DNA of 64,000 bases from an uncultured virus (IMG/VR IMGVR_UViG_3300021247_000307) (IMGVR_UViG_3300021247_000307), one strand, 5' to 3'. Positions 28,006-35,977 are shown, counted from the first letter of the stretch. The notes: generated from the sequence alone by a model not told the origin. Numbers and translations are program-made.

Positions 28006-28096
28006 AACAAGGGCAGGATTCGAACCTGCAACTTTTCGGAGACCTTTTTATAATCAATTACGATGTCCTTGCGTTTACCAATTCCGCCACCTTGCT
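28006..28096 (-). ncRNA. tRNA-like element E (same ends as D, different core)
   Basis: AGCAAGG-TGGCGGAATTGGTAAACGC...GCAGG-TTCGAAT-CCTGC-CCTTGTT; no 7-nt anticodon loop. Confidence 0.7.
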
Positions 28097-28100
28097 AAAT

Positions 28101-28337
28101 TTAATTACACTCACATTTAATTCTAAGAATTTCAATATCTGTTGTAATAGAATTATATTGTAAGTCAACTCCATACTTTTTAACAGTTTCTCTAATTAGA
28201 GAATCAGTATTAGTAAATGAACCTTTTACTTCAAAAGAAGCTGTTCCAGCTCTTTCTAAGTATTCTCTTTTACCTCCATTAGAAAGAGGAATACATGTAT
28301 ATACATACAATGTAATAATTATTAATTTTCCTAGCAT
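28101..28337 (-). CDS. hypothetical protein
   Basis: 78-aa ORF with a hydrophobic N-terminus. Confidence 0.55.
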   Translation of the reverse strand: MLGKLIIITLYVYTCIPLSNGGKREYLERAGTASFEVKGSFTNTDSLIRETVKKYGVDLQYNSITTDIEILRIKCECN

Positions 28338-28348
28338 TGTTTAGTGGT

Positions 28349-28723
28349 TTAAAGTTTGTCAGTATTATCTTTTGATACATTTGATACTTCCATTAATGTT
28401 CTTAAACTATTAATACCTATTTTTGTAATATTGTTAGATAACAATGGGTCATATAATTCAAAACCATCTTCAATAGATATTTCTTCTTGACTTTGCATTA
28501 TACTCATGTAAACACAATCTAATGATACACCAGAATATTCAAGTTTCATACCTTTTTTTAGCCATTCAGTTTTAATCCAGTTATCACCATGATACCATTG
28601 TTCCCAACCATGTTTTCTTGCTAATTCTTCTTTCTCTTGTTTACTTGGAGATAATAATCCGTGTAGTGGTTTCATTGTTTGAGTTTTCATTTGTAATAAA
28701 CTTTTTGTAAATAGAACAACCAT
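28349..28723 (-). CDS. hypothetical protein
   Basis: HGWEQWYHGDNWI motif; start probably at about 28690. Confidence 0.6.
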   Translation of the reverse strand: MVVLFTKSLLQMKTQTMKPLHGLLSPSKQEKEELARKHGWEQWYHGDNWIKTEWLKKGMKLEYSGVSLDCVYMSIMQSQEEISIEDGFELYDPLLSNNITKIGINSLRTLMEVSNVSKDNTDKL

Positions 28724-28862
28724 TTTTCTCTATTAATTTAGCAACTTCTTCATTCTCATTAAGCGCACATGTTTTTGAATAACATTTACCATCTGATGAT
28801 ATTTCAAAGTTAAATTTACAATTAATAGGTAAAATAGCTTCTTTAAGATTATTGATATCCAT
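28641..28862 (-). CDS. hypothetical protein
   Basis: 73-aa ORF. Confidence 0.5.
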   Translation of the reverse strand: MDINNLKEAILPINCKFNFEISSDGKCYSKTCALNENEEVAKLIEKNGCSIYKKFITNENSNNETTTRIIISK

Positions 28863-28933
28863 TGTTTAAAGTTTAAACATTAGGGTAAGCACTTAACTTA
28901 CCCTAACCATAATTAATTGTAATCATAATAAAT

Positions 28934-29392
28934 CTATAGTTCTGCATTATCAGCGAAAGATACAAAATTACCATTAGGTAGTATAATAATATGGTCTAAT
29001 AATTTTATATCCATTATTTCACCACATTGTTTTAAACTTTTAGTAATTATTCTATCTTGTTCTGATAGTTGTTTATTCCCTGAAGGATGATTGTGTGCAA
29101 TAATCATTCCTGATGCAACTATTTTAAGTCCACATGCAAGTATTTTCTTATTGCACACAACAGTCCCTGTAACTCCACCAATAGTAACAGTATATAAGCC
29201 AATAACTTGATTTCTACGATTAAGATATAACACTTTAAGTTGTTCTTCAAGTGCTATAGTATCTTTATCCCATGATTTAAAGAATATATCAGCTGCTGTT
29301 TTACTGTTATTGATTATTGGATAATCTGTAGTATCGTATTGTTGCTTATAGCATAAAGATACTACATTAACTTTAAACATTTCTGATTTCAT
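28934..29392 (-). CDS. radC: RadC-like JAB domain protein
   Basis: EQLKVLYLNRRN, GGVTGTVV, AHNHPSG..SEQD, LLDHIII. Confidence 0.9.
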   Translation of the reverse strand: MKSEMFKVNVVSLCYKQQYDTTDYPIINNSKTAADIFFKSWDKDTIALEEQLKVLYLNRRNQVIGLYTVTIGGVTGTVVCNKKILACGLKIVASGMIIAHNHPSGNKQLSEQDRIITKSLKQCGEIMDIKLLDHIIILPNGNFVSFADNAEL

Positions 29393-30198
29393 TCAGGTAA
29401 ATGTTTCTTTAAGTTCCAATATTCAGACATTAGTGAAGCTCTAAATTCGTAGTCTGTATCTGTATGATATCCACTTTTGTAGATACATTTACAGATTTTC
29501 TTGTAGAGTTGTGGAGGTTTAACATCATACACTTTGCATTTCTTGTATCTATCAGAGTTTAACACTCCAGACCACAATTTAATACCATCTTTAGTACTCT
29601 TATTACTAAAGAATTTAGCTTTGATGTATTTGTTTCTACCTCTAACAACTTCTCGAGTACGATAAGTTACAGTACCATGACCTTTGAGTGCTTTAACACC
29701 TCCAGCATTAGCATGTAATCTCCATAAGTCAGTTTCTATTCCTGCTGTAGTAGCTTCTATAATGAAAAAGCTATAAATCATACTAACAGGAAAATCAGTA
29801 AGTACATGGACATTCATTAGCATATCATCATAGTTGTATAACAACCATATTCTACGCATCTTAAACAAATCAATATTGTCTAAGTGTCTAAATCCCATGT
29901 TCGTTAGTTTCTGCCTTAACTCTTTTAAGTTAAGTCTTCTAATACTATGACCGTAATTCCTATCACCATAAGCATCTTCATTAATAACTGCTTCTGTAAC
30001 TTTCTTTTCTACAAAAACTGTATCAATTTTAGTTTGAAATATAGTGAAAAATTTAGTCTCTGGTACTACTGATTGCTCATAGTAACCATTAGTATTAGAA
30101 TACTTAACTCCAAGAATGAAAGCAGTAACTGTTAATATACCAACTATAAGAGGTAAACTCTTATTCTGTGGTACATAATCAATTACTTTAATTTTCAT
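29389..30198 (-). CDS. membrane-anchored glucosaminidase (GH73/lysozyme-like)
   Basis: N-terminal TM; FIIEA, NAGGVK, TREV, GYHTDTDY. Confidence 0.65.
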   Translation of the reverse strand: MKIKVIDYVPQNKSLPLIVGILTVTAFILGVKYSNTNGYYEQSVVPETKFFTIFQTKIDTVFVEKKVTEAVINEDAYGDRNYGHSIRRLNLKELRQKLTNMGFRHLDNIDLFKMRRIWLLYNYDDMLMNVHVLTDFPVSMIYSFFIIEATTAGIETDLWRLHANAGGVKALKGHGTVTYRTREVVRGRNKYIKAKFFSNKSTKDGIKLWSGVLNSDRYKKCKVYDVKPPQLYKKICKCIYKSGYHTDTDYEFRASLMSEYWNLKKHLPE

Positions 30199-30440
30199 AA
30201 TCTTCCATGTAATAGTGAATCATCATATTCATTGTCATCATACTGACTTGAGTTAAACTCATTAGCCATATCTCCAAGTAGTTTAAAAGATTGTCTTTTA
30301 GATTTGAGTATCTGTTTAATAACAGTATGTCTATTCTTTAAAAGAATCTTTAATACATTTTTTGCGTGTTCTTCAGTCATATCATCAACTGATATTAACT
30401 TTCCATCACGCATTTTCCAGTAAATCTTTTCTTTTGTCAT
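30195..30440 (-). CDS. small conserved phage protein
   Basis: WKMRDGKLISVDDMTEEHAKNVL. Confidence 0.7.
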   Translation of the reverse strand: MTKEKIYWKMRDGKLISVDDMTEEHAKNVLKILLKNRHTVIKQILKSKRQSFKLLGDMANEFNSSQYDDNEYDDSLLHGRL

Positions 30441-30471
30441 ATATATAGGTTTGGTTAATAATCATAGAAAA

Positions 30472-30630
30472 AGACATCTAAAAATTTACAATACATTAAT
30501 TTTTACTTAACTGCTTAACCCAATGCTTACGCACTAGTTATATGATATTTTTACTAAACTGTAGCACTTAATTGTGATTTCGTCTATCATACTAACTTCG
30601 TCTTAATGTATTATAAAGAAACTAATGTCT
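30472..30630 (-). ncRNA. candidate structured RNA
   Basis: 15-bp closing stem with a G-U wobble on the minus strand plus an outer AGACAT/ATGTCT pair; intergenic. Confidence 0.45.
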
Positions 30631-30663
30631 CCAACAACTTTTATCGTTATTGAGTTTTTTGAT

Positions 30664-31029
30664 TTATATCCATCCTTTATGTCTAAAAGTGGATATCTTT
30701 TTAACACTACCATCTGGTTGTGGTATATCCTCACTAACTCTTTCTGAATCAGCGAATATCATACGACCAGTACTAATTACTCCAGCTGCCATTACAAGAA
30801 ATAACGGACTACCTCCTAATTGAATGATTTTAGCATGAAATCTTTCAGCCACTTCTGATATTTCATCAGCTAAAATTTTACATTCACTTCTAACTGAAGG
30901 AGTGTTACTCAATCTAGTCATTAGTTCTGGAGCTATATCTTTAAGAAAGATAAGATTACCCATCTCATTAAGAGATGTTAACTGCTCACTTGTAGGTGTG
31001 TGAGGTGAACACCATAGTAAATTTCTCAT
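30664..31029 (-). CDS. hypothetical protein
   Basis: SPHTPTSEQ..GGSP..FADSERVSED..FRHKGW. Confidence 0.7.
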   Translation of the reverse strand: MRNLLWCSPHTPTSEQLTSLNEMGNLIFLKDIAPELMTRLSNTPSVRSECKILADEISEVAERFHAKIIQLGGSPLFLVMAAGVISTGRMIFADSERVSEDIPQPDGSVKKISTFRHKGWI

Positions 31030-31050
31030 ATTGATTGATTTTGGTTTTTA

Positions 31051-31584
31051 TTAAGTATTATTTTGAGGATAATGTATTTCTCTATGACAATTAGCACATA
31101 CTAAAATACATTTATCTAATTCTTTTCTTATTTTGTCAATATTAGTAGTTTTTGTACTACCAAAATGAAAATCTTTATGTTCAGGTTCTAAATGATGAAA
31201 TTCTAATGCAGATGTATTTTTATTATATCCACATTTGAAACAACATCCTCCAAATTCTTGAATTAATTGCAGTTTATGTTTTTTAATAATAGAATATCTA
31301 TTATCATTTGAACATTTTCTACAATAAGATTGAATATTACTATTAGGTCTTTTATCAAAATCTTGTAATTCTTTAATTTCTAAACATTTAGGACATTGTT
31401 TATGTGTATCAGTTATATAACAAGTTTTATCTTTTATAGACTGATAATTAGATGATAAAGACCATTTTTTCATATACCATCTAATACCTGTTCCAGTATA
31501 ACCTAATTGTTTACCAATTTGATTAGTGCTTAAACCTTGCTCAAGAAGGTTCTCTAATAATTCTTTTGTAATAGTTGTTTTCAT
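31051..31584 (-). mobile_element. HTH plus zinc-ribbon HNH endonuclease
   Basis: N-terminal HTH; CPKC, CRKC, CFKCGY, ALEFHH, CANCHREIH. Confidence 0.85.
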
Positions 31585-31670
31585 ACTATAAATATACTAA
31601 GAATTTATTAGAAAACCAAATCTTGAGAAGTAAAACTCAACAACTTGGAATGTTATTAAGTTTTTTACTT

Positions 31671-31789
31671 ATACTCTTTATACAGTTGTAATAACTCATG
31701 GTTGGGTTCTATTTACCAGAGCCAAGGACATTTATAGTCTCCAATAGATACCTATCTATTGTTAGTATATTACAACTGTAAAAGAATAT
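31671..31789 (-). ncRNA. candidate multibranch RNA / inverted repeat
   Basis: 13-bp perfect inverted repeat TACAGTTGTAATA/TATTACAACTGTA enclosing small hairpins. Confidence 0.45.
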
Positions 31790-31790
31790 T

Positions 31791-32117
31791 CTATTTACCT
31801 ATTTGTTTCATAATAGATAAAATTTGTGGTTCTATCTTAACTATTGAAAAGTAGGATTGTCCATCGTATTCACTCCATTCTAGTCTTTCATCTTCGTGTA
31901 AGTCTATTTCAAACAATGTATAGCTTTTAGAATACTCTTCAAACAAGTCTTCTCTATACATATTATCAGTGTATTTTGTTGTCATCGTTTTCGCATCATA
32001 AAGTTCATAGTATAATTCATTCTCTACTATACCTCGTTTTAATTCATCAAGAGTATTAAACTCTCTCATGAAATCTGCACCATAAGAGTGCTTATGTGCT
32101 GCAAATAATCTCTTCAT
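31791..32117 (-). CDS. hypothetical protein
   Basis: 108-aa ORF preceded by TATCTTTG at 32139-32146. Confidence 0.65.
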   Translation of the reverse strand: MKRLFAAHKHSYGADFMREFNTLDELKRGIVENELYYELYDAKTMTTKYTDNMYREDLFEEYSKSYTLFEIDLHEDERLEWSEYDGQSYFSIVKIEPQILSIMKQIGK

Positions 32118-32144
32118 ATATATTAGTTTTGGTTGTTACAAAGA

Positions 32145-32216
32145 TACAATATAACAAGGCGGTTTTTAGCTGTCCAATTAAGTAGTTACAGCTTGTACTA
32201 CTCTTGTTATATTGTA
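32145..32216 (-). ncRNA. candidate pseudoknotted RNA
   Basis: 14-bp stem enclosing AGTAGT/ACTACT whose loop AGCTGT can pair with downstream ACAGCT. Confidence 0.5.
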
Positions 32217-32377
32217 AATATTCCCTCTGTATTCAGTTGTAATACAAGATTGTTTAGCTCTTGCTTTATGTCTATTAACATAAATGTCATGTAAATCTCC
32301 ATGTAGGAATTTACTATTAACCATATTACATACTACAACTGCCAGTCCTTGGGAAACTGGAATGATACATTACATTT
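32216..32377 (-). ncRNA. twister ribozyme (type P1 with long P5)
   Basis: AAATG-TAA-TGTA, CCAG-(TTTCCCAAGGA)-CTGG, P5 CAGTTGTA/TACAACTG, TACA-GAGGG-AATATTT. Confidence 0.7.
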
Positions 32378-32821
32378 GGTATATATTTTTCATCGTAAGA
32401 TTATATTTTATACCCATCCTGCTTATTTCAGGATATAATAGACTATTTAGTTACGGCTCGTCTATTGGGAGACCGTTTACTATCCATAGTTTAAAGTCAT
32501 CAGATATACTTCGGACTGTATTTTATAATAACACTAAATAGTATTATTAAATAGTAACAAATGCTATCAATAGTGAAATGAGTTGAAAATGAGTGTTAGA
32601 TGAGTAATCACCCACATTCACACACTCAACTCATTCACTATCAATGATTTAAGTGAATATTGATAGACATTGTTACGCCAGTAATCTGTAATTCTTTTAA
32701 AAATAGTTAACAGACATTGAGTGTCGCTCAATATTTAGTAGACATTGTGTGTTACTCATTATTCCAATAGGAAGTTAGTGCTATCTATGGTGGGATAACA
32801 CTAACTAATTGGAATTTGTTC

Positions 32822-33235
32822 TTAGAATGGTGCGTCAGCATCACCCTTTGGTGCAAGTGCTGGAGTTTCAGCTGCTTGAATGCCTAATTTGGCGTTACGC
32901 ATAGCTGCTAATTTAGCAAGAATCCTTGGGCTGCCTGTGCTTGGAAGTACTAATTGAATAGCACGACCATCATCGGCAACATAAACGGTATTCTTACCAC
33001 TTTCAATGCACTTATCCCAAACGGTTTTAGAAATGCGGTATTTCTCTATGACACCATCTAAGTCAGTACCATGGATTACGCCATATTCTGCACCTTCGGT
33101 ACCATAAATGGCACGAGATTCGTCACTAATGATGTTACGCTTCCAAGTAATGACTTCTTTTAAGTCAATAATAATTGGTTCGTCAAGCATAACAGTAAGA
33201 TTTGACGTAGTGGTTTTGCTTTTAAGTAAAGACAT
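32822..33235 (-). CDS. putative early protein, possibly SSB-like
   Basis: 137-aa ORF, visibly more GC/CpG-rich, acidic tail DADAPF, follows the repeated motif at 33282. Confidence 0.7.
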   Translation of the reverse strand: MSLLKSKTTTSNLTVMLDEPIIIDLKEVITWKRNIISDESRAIYGTEGAEYGVIHGTDLDGVIEKYRISKTVWDKCIESGKNTVYVADDGRAIQLVLPSTGSPRILAKLAAMRNAKLGIQAAETPALAPKGDADAPF

Positions 33236-33281
33236 AGCTATAAGTTTTTAAACGTAAAATGAAACAATACAATACCAATCC

Positions 33282-33303
33282 GAGAAACAGCCTTTATAAT
33301 GTT
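33282..33303 (-). promoter_or_regulatory. repeated phage-specific promoter-like motif, copy 1
   Basis: AACATTATAAAGGCTGTTTCTC, identical to 34117-34138. Confidence 0.6.
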
Positions 33304-33346
33304 ATATAGAAAAAATAAGAGTAGTATTTCTACTACTCTATTACTA

Positions 33347-33619
33347 TTACTCCGATATATCATAGAAATTAACTTTATCAAAGTTATCTATTAGATATTT
33401 AATTACCTCAATGGGTAAACCTGAAGCATAACTCTTACCATCTTTAGCAATATAACCATTGATTAGTCTAAATTCGCATATTCTTAGAAAGTATTTAGTA
33501 CTTCCATCACTTTGAGTATAACTATATTGAATAGTTTTATTTGATAAAACTTCTACATTAGTTATTCTAATAAACATAGCATTAGCACAAGCGTTTTGCA
33601 ATAACATTAATGGTGTCAT
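33347..33619 (-). CDS. hypothetical early protein
   Basis: 90-aa ORF downstream of motif copy 2. Confidence 0.6.
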   Translation of the reverse strand: MTPLMLLQNACANAMFIRITNVEVLSNKTIQYSYTQSDGSTKYFLRICEFRLINGYIAKDGKSYASGLPIEVIKYLIDNFDKVNFYDISE

Positions 33620-33657
33620 AGTATAAGATTTAATGGTAACATTATTATTACCAGTTA

Positions 33658-33676
33658 GAGATACAGTCTTTATAAT
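33658..33676 (-). promoter_or_regulatory. repeated promoter-like motif, copy 2 (variant)
   Basis: ATTATAAAGACTGTATCTC. Confidence 0.5.
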
Positions 33677-33709
33677 ATAATATAAGAATAAAAGTAGTAA
33701 CTAATGTTA

Positions 33710-33922
33710 CTACTCTCCATAATTTACATCTATAATATAGCAATCATTATTATAAACTGGAATTGCTTTGAAATGATAAGGATTACTATTCATTAACTCA
33801 ATGTAATAGTTATGTATTTCTATTACTCTATTATCAAGTAATTGATTATAACATATATTACACCACCATAGTGTAATAGATAGAATAATAGTTATACATA
33901 CTAATAATTTAAATGTACTCAT
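33710..33922 (-). CDS. small membrane protein
   Basis: N-terminal TM helix. Confidence 0.5.
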   Translation of the reverse strand: MSTFKLLVCITIILSITLWWCNICYNQLLDNRVIEIHNYYIELMNSNPYHFKAIPVYNNDCYIIDVNYGE

Positions 33923-34116
33923 AAGATATAATTTAGTGGTTAATGATAAAAGAATAGAGATACATATATAATACGTATCTCTAAGTAAGGTGTGGAAGCA
34001 TGCTATCAGCTCTTATTATTAAAGCCATTTCCAAGTGGCTACGTTTTAATTAAGATAACTACAGTATTGACGTTTTGCTGTAGATAAATAGAATTAATAT
34101 ATATCAATCCCAAAAT

Positions 34117-34138
34117 GAGAAACAGCCTTTATAATGTT
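34117..34138 (-). promoter_or_regulatory. repeated promoter-like motif, copy 3
   Basis: AACATTATAAAGGCTGTTTCTC at the head of the minus-strand arm. Confidence 0.6.
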
Positions 34139-34278
34139 GACGGGGTAGAAGAATCGTAACAATGTGACGGGGGGTTGGTGGTAGAAGGTTCAAAACAAAC
34201 TATTTTTATCACTCTAATTTTTTTTAAAAAACACGAGGGGGTACATATATATATATGTATATTTGCAAGAAAAAAGTT

Positions 34279-34440
34279 ATGATGTATGCTATATTAATAG
34301 ATGGTGTAGAACAACCATTAAAATTTCATGCAGAAAATATCAATGAATTATTTGAGTTTCTTTTAGACTATGACATTGATTTTGATACAGTTAAGTTAAT
34401 TACTAACATAGGCAACTTAAATAATTTTTCATTAAACTAA
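34279..34440 (+). CDS. small hypothetical protein
   Basis: MMYAILIDG..; preceded by TATATTTG at 34258-34265. Confidence 0.5.
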   Translation: MMYAILIDGVEQPLKFHAENINELFEFLLDYDIDFDTVKLITNIGNLNNFSLN

Positions 34441-34448
34441 CACAATCA

Positions 34449-34479
34449 CTTGCTTTGTTGATTTTTTAGTTTATATTTG
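34449..34479 (+). promoter_or_regulatory. Bacteroidota-type promoter
   Basis: CTTG-N19-TATATTTG. Confidence 0.6.
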
Positions 34480-34485
34480 CAATAT

Positions 34486-34858
34486 CTAACCTCTTTAAGG
34501 ATACCAAGAATCCTTTGTTGTAGTGTCACAAAGCATTAACACGACTAAAGAGCAGATTGGAGTAGATAGCCAATACATAAGCGAAGGACTTCATTAGGTT
34601 TAAAAAGTTATTAATAGTTTTAAGGGTATCCTCCTGCCATCTTGGTGAGAATTTTCATGGTAAGGGAAAACGGAGGAATTGAGATTTAATCTCTTTGGTA
34701 AAACGAAAGTCAGACCGCCAGTGAAAAACTTAAATAACTTTTAAAAATCAAAACTAACCTCAAAACAACAAAAAGTTGTAATGGGCTTTGTATGCCTTTC
34801 AGGCACTCACATATAAATATGTGAGCTTGATTGTTATATAGATGTTTGAGGTTTTAAA
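34486..34858 (+). ncRNA. candidate about 370-nt structured RNA or long 5' leader
   Basis: No long ORF, GC above background, long-range pairs AAAAGTTATT/AATAACTTTT and AACCTCAAA/TTTGAGGTT. Confidence 0.4.
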
Positions 34859-34867
34859 CTAATTACT

Positions 34868-35152
34868 ATGAGTATATGTATTGTAATTGGCATTGCCCTT
34901 GTTATACCTACTAAAGACTTAATTATGGATATAAGTAATATAAAGAAAATAAATTTATATGAGATACCTTATGGAGATAAAGTAATATTATTAAGTCATG
35001 AAGAATTTGAGAAATATGGAGTAGGTGGTAAAGATGATTTAATTGCTAATGCTAAAAGACCTAAGAGATATTATGAGGTTACTATAGATGGAATTGTTTA
35101 TACAGTACCTGAAGATAAGTTTGATAAATTTATTAAATCTAAAATACAATGA
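34868..35152 (+). CDS. hypothetical protein, paralogous to the C-terminus of the next gene
   Basis: YEIPYGDKVILLSHEEF vs YEVPDANGKVTLLTPEQF; probable start at 34925. Confidence 0.6.
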   Translation: MSICIVIGIALVIPTKDLIMDISNIKKINLYEIPYGDKVILLSHEEFEKYGVGGKDDLIANAKRPKRYYEVTIDGIVYTVPEDKFDKFIKSKIQ

Positions 35153-35778
35153 AAAAATTAATACCTAATACTGATAAAGTACTTTTAAGTGTAAAACCAC
35201 CTGTAAGAGATACAATGTTTGTATCTGATTTAAAACACCCTCGATTAAAATCTTATCAAGATAGTGTATATGTAAGAAGTAAATCTTCACAAAAGTTTCA
35301 ATCAGGAACTAAAACAAGACCATTAACATCACAAGAAAAGAAATTTTGGAAAGATGATGAAACTGGATTAGTACCAAATCTTGTTGAATATAGAAATATA
35401 GATGGAAAAGAATCAGGAAGATATTTTGGACATTATAAAAAACCAGTACAACCAGTAGCATATAGAGCTGCAACAAATCCTGTTGCTGATACTAGAAAAA
35501 TACAAATGCAAACTACTAAATTAGATACTATACCAAAAACTCCACCAACACCATTAACAAAGAAACAATACTACGAAGTACCTGATGCTAATGGTAAAGT
35601 AACTTTACTTACTCCAGAACAGTTTAGTAAAATGTCATCAGGAAATAAAAATGATTTAATGTCTAAGTCATCTATAATGAATAAACCTAAATACTTTTAT
35701 GAAATGAATAGTAGTGGTAAAAGACAATTAATTCCTGAAAGTAAGATTAGAGAATATATGCAAACTAAAAATAAATAA
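35149..35778 (+). CDS. hypothetical protein (possible virion cargo)
   Basis: Basic 209-aa ORF starting MKKLIPNTDK. Confidence 0.65.
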   Translation: MKKLIPNTDKVLLSVKPPVRDTMFVSDLKHPRLKSYQDSVYVRSKSSQKFQSGTKTRPLTSQEKKFWKDDETGLVPNLVEYRNIDGKESGRYFGHYKKPVQPVAYRAATNPVADTRKIQMQTTKLDTIPKTPPTPLTKKQYYEVPDANGKVTLLTPEQFSKMSSGNKNDLMSKSSIMNKPKYFYEMNSSGKRQLIPESKIREYMQTKNK

Positions 35779-35780
35779 CT

Positions 35781-35975
35781 ATGGAAAAGAACTCACTCTG
35801 GAAGAATATAAGAAATAAAGCAGCAGAGAATAAAAGAACTGGAGCTACACCTAAGAAACCTACAGCAGAAATGTTGAAGCAAGAAAGAAAAATTAAAGCT
35901 AATAGTAAAATGATGGGTGGAATGCTTCCTGATATGAATAAAATGAAATATGGTGGTAAGATGAAAAACTGTTAA
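35781..35975 (+). CDS. small basic protein with xxGG motifs
   Basis: SLWKNIR..KPTAEMLKQE; MMGG and KYGG. Confidence 0.65.
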   Translation: MEKNSLWKNIRNKAAENKRTGATPKKPTAEMLKQERKIKANSKMMGGMLPDMNKMKYGGKMKNC

Positions 35976-35977
35976 TT

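Noticed and set aside
27392..28096. Canonical tRNA genes
   Set aside because: None has a 5-bp stem with a 7-nt anticodon loop or encoded CCA; reported as tRNA-like elements instead
372..28120. Plus-strand ORFs inside the minus-strand arm (372, 2573, 5669, 10934, 11278, 13082, 19372, 21044, 22083, 25073, 25532, 27905)
   Set aside because: They are antisense shadows of well-supported genes or RNA elements
32400..32520. Hammerhead ribozyme suggested by CTGATGA on the minus strand
   Set aside because: I could not build stem II closed by GAAA or matching stems I and III
32284..32541. 85-aa plus-strand ORF
   Set aside because: It is antisense to the arm, overlaps the twister and has no protein-like features
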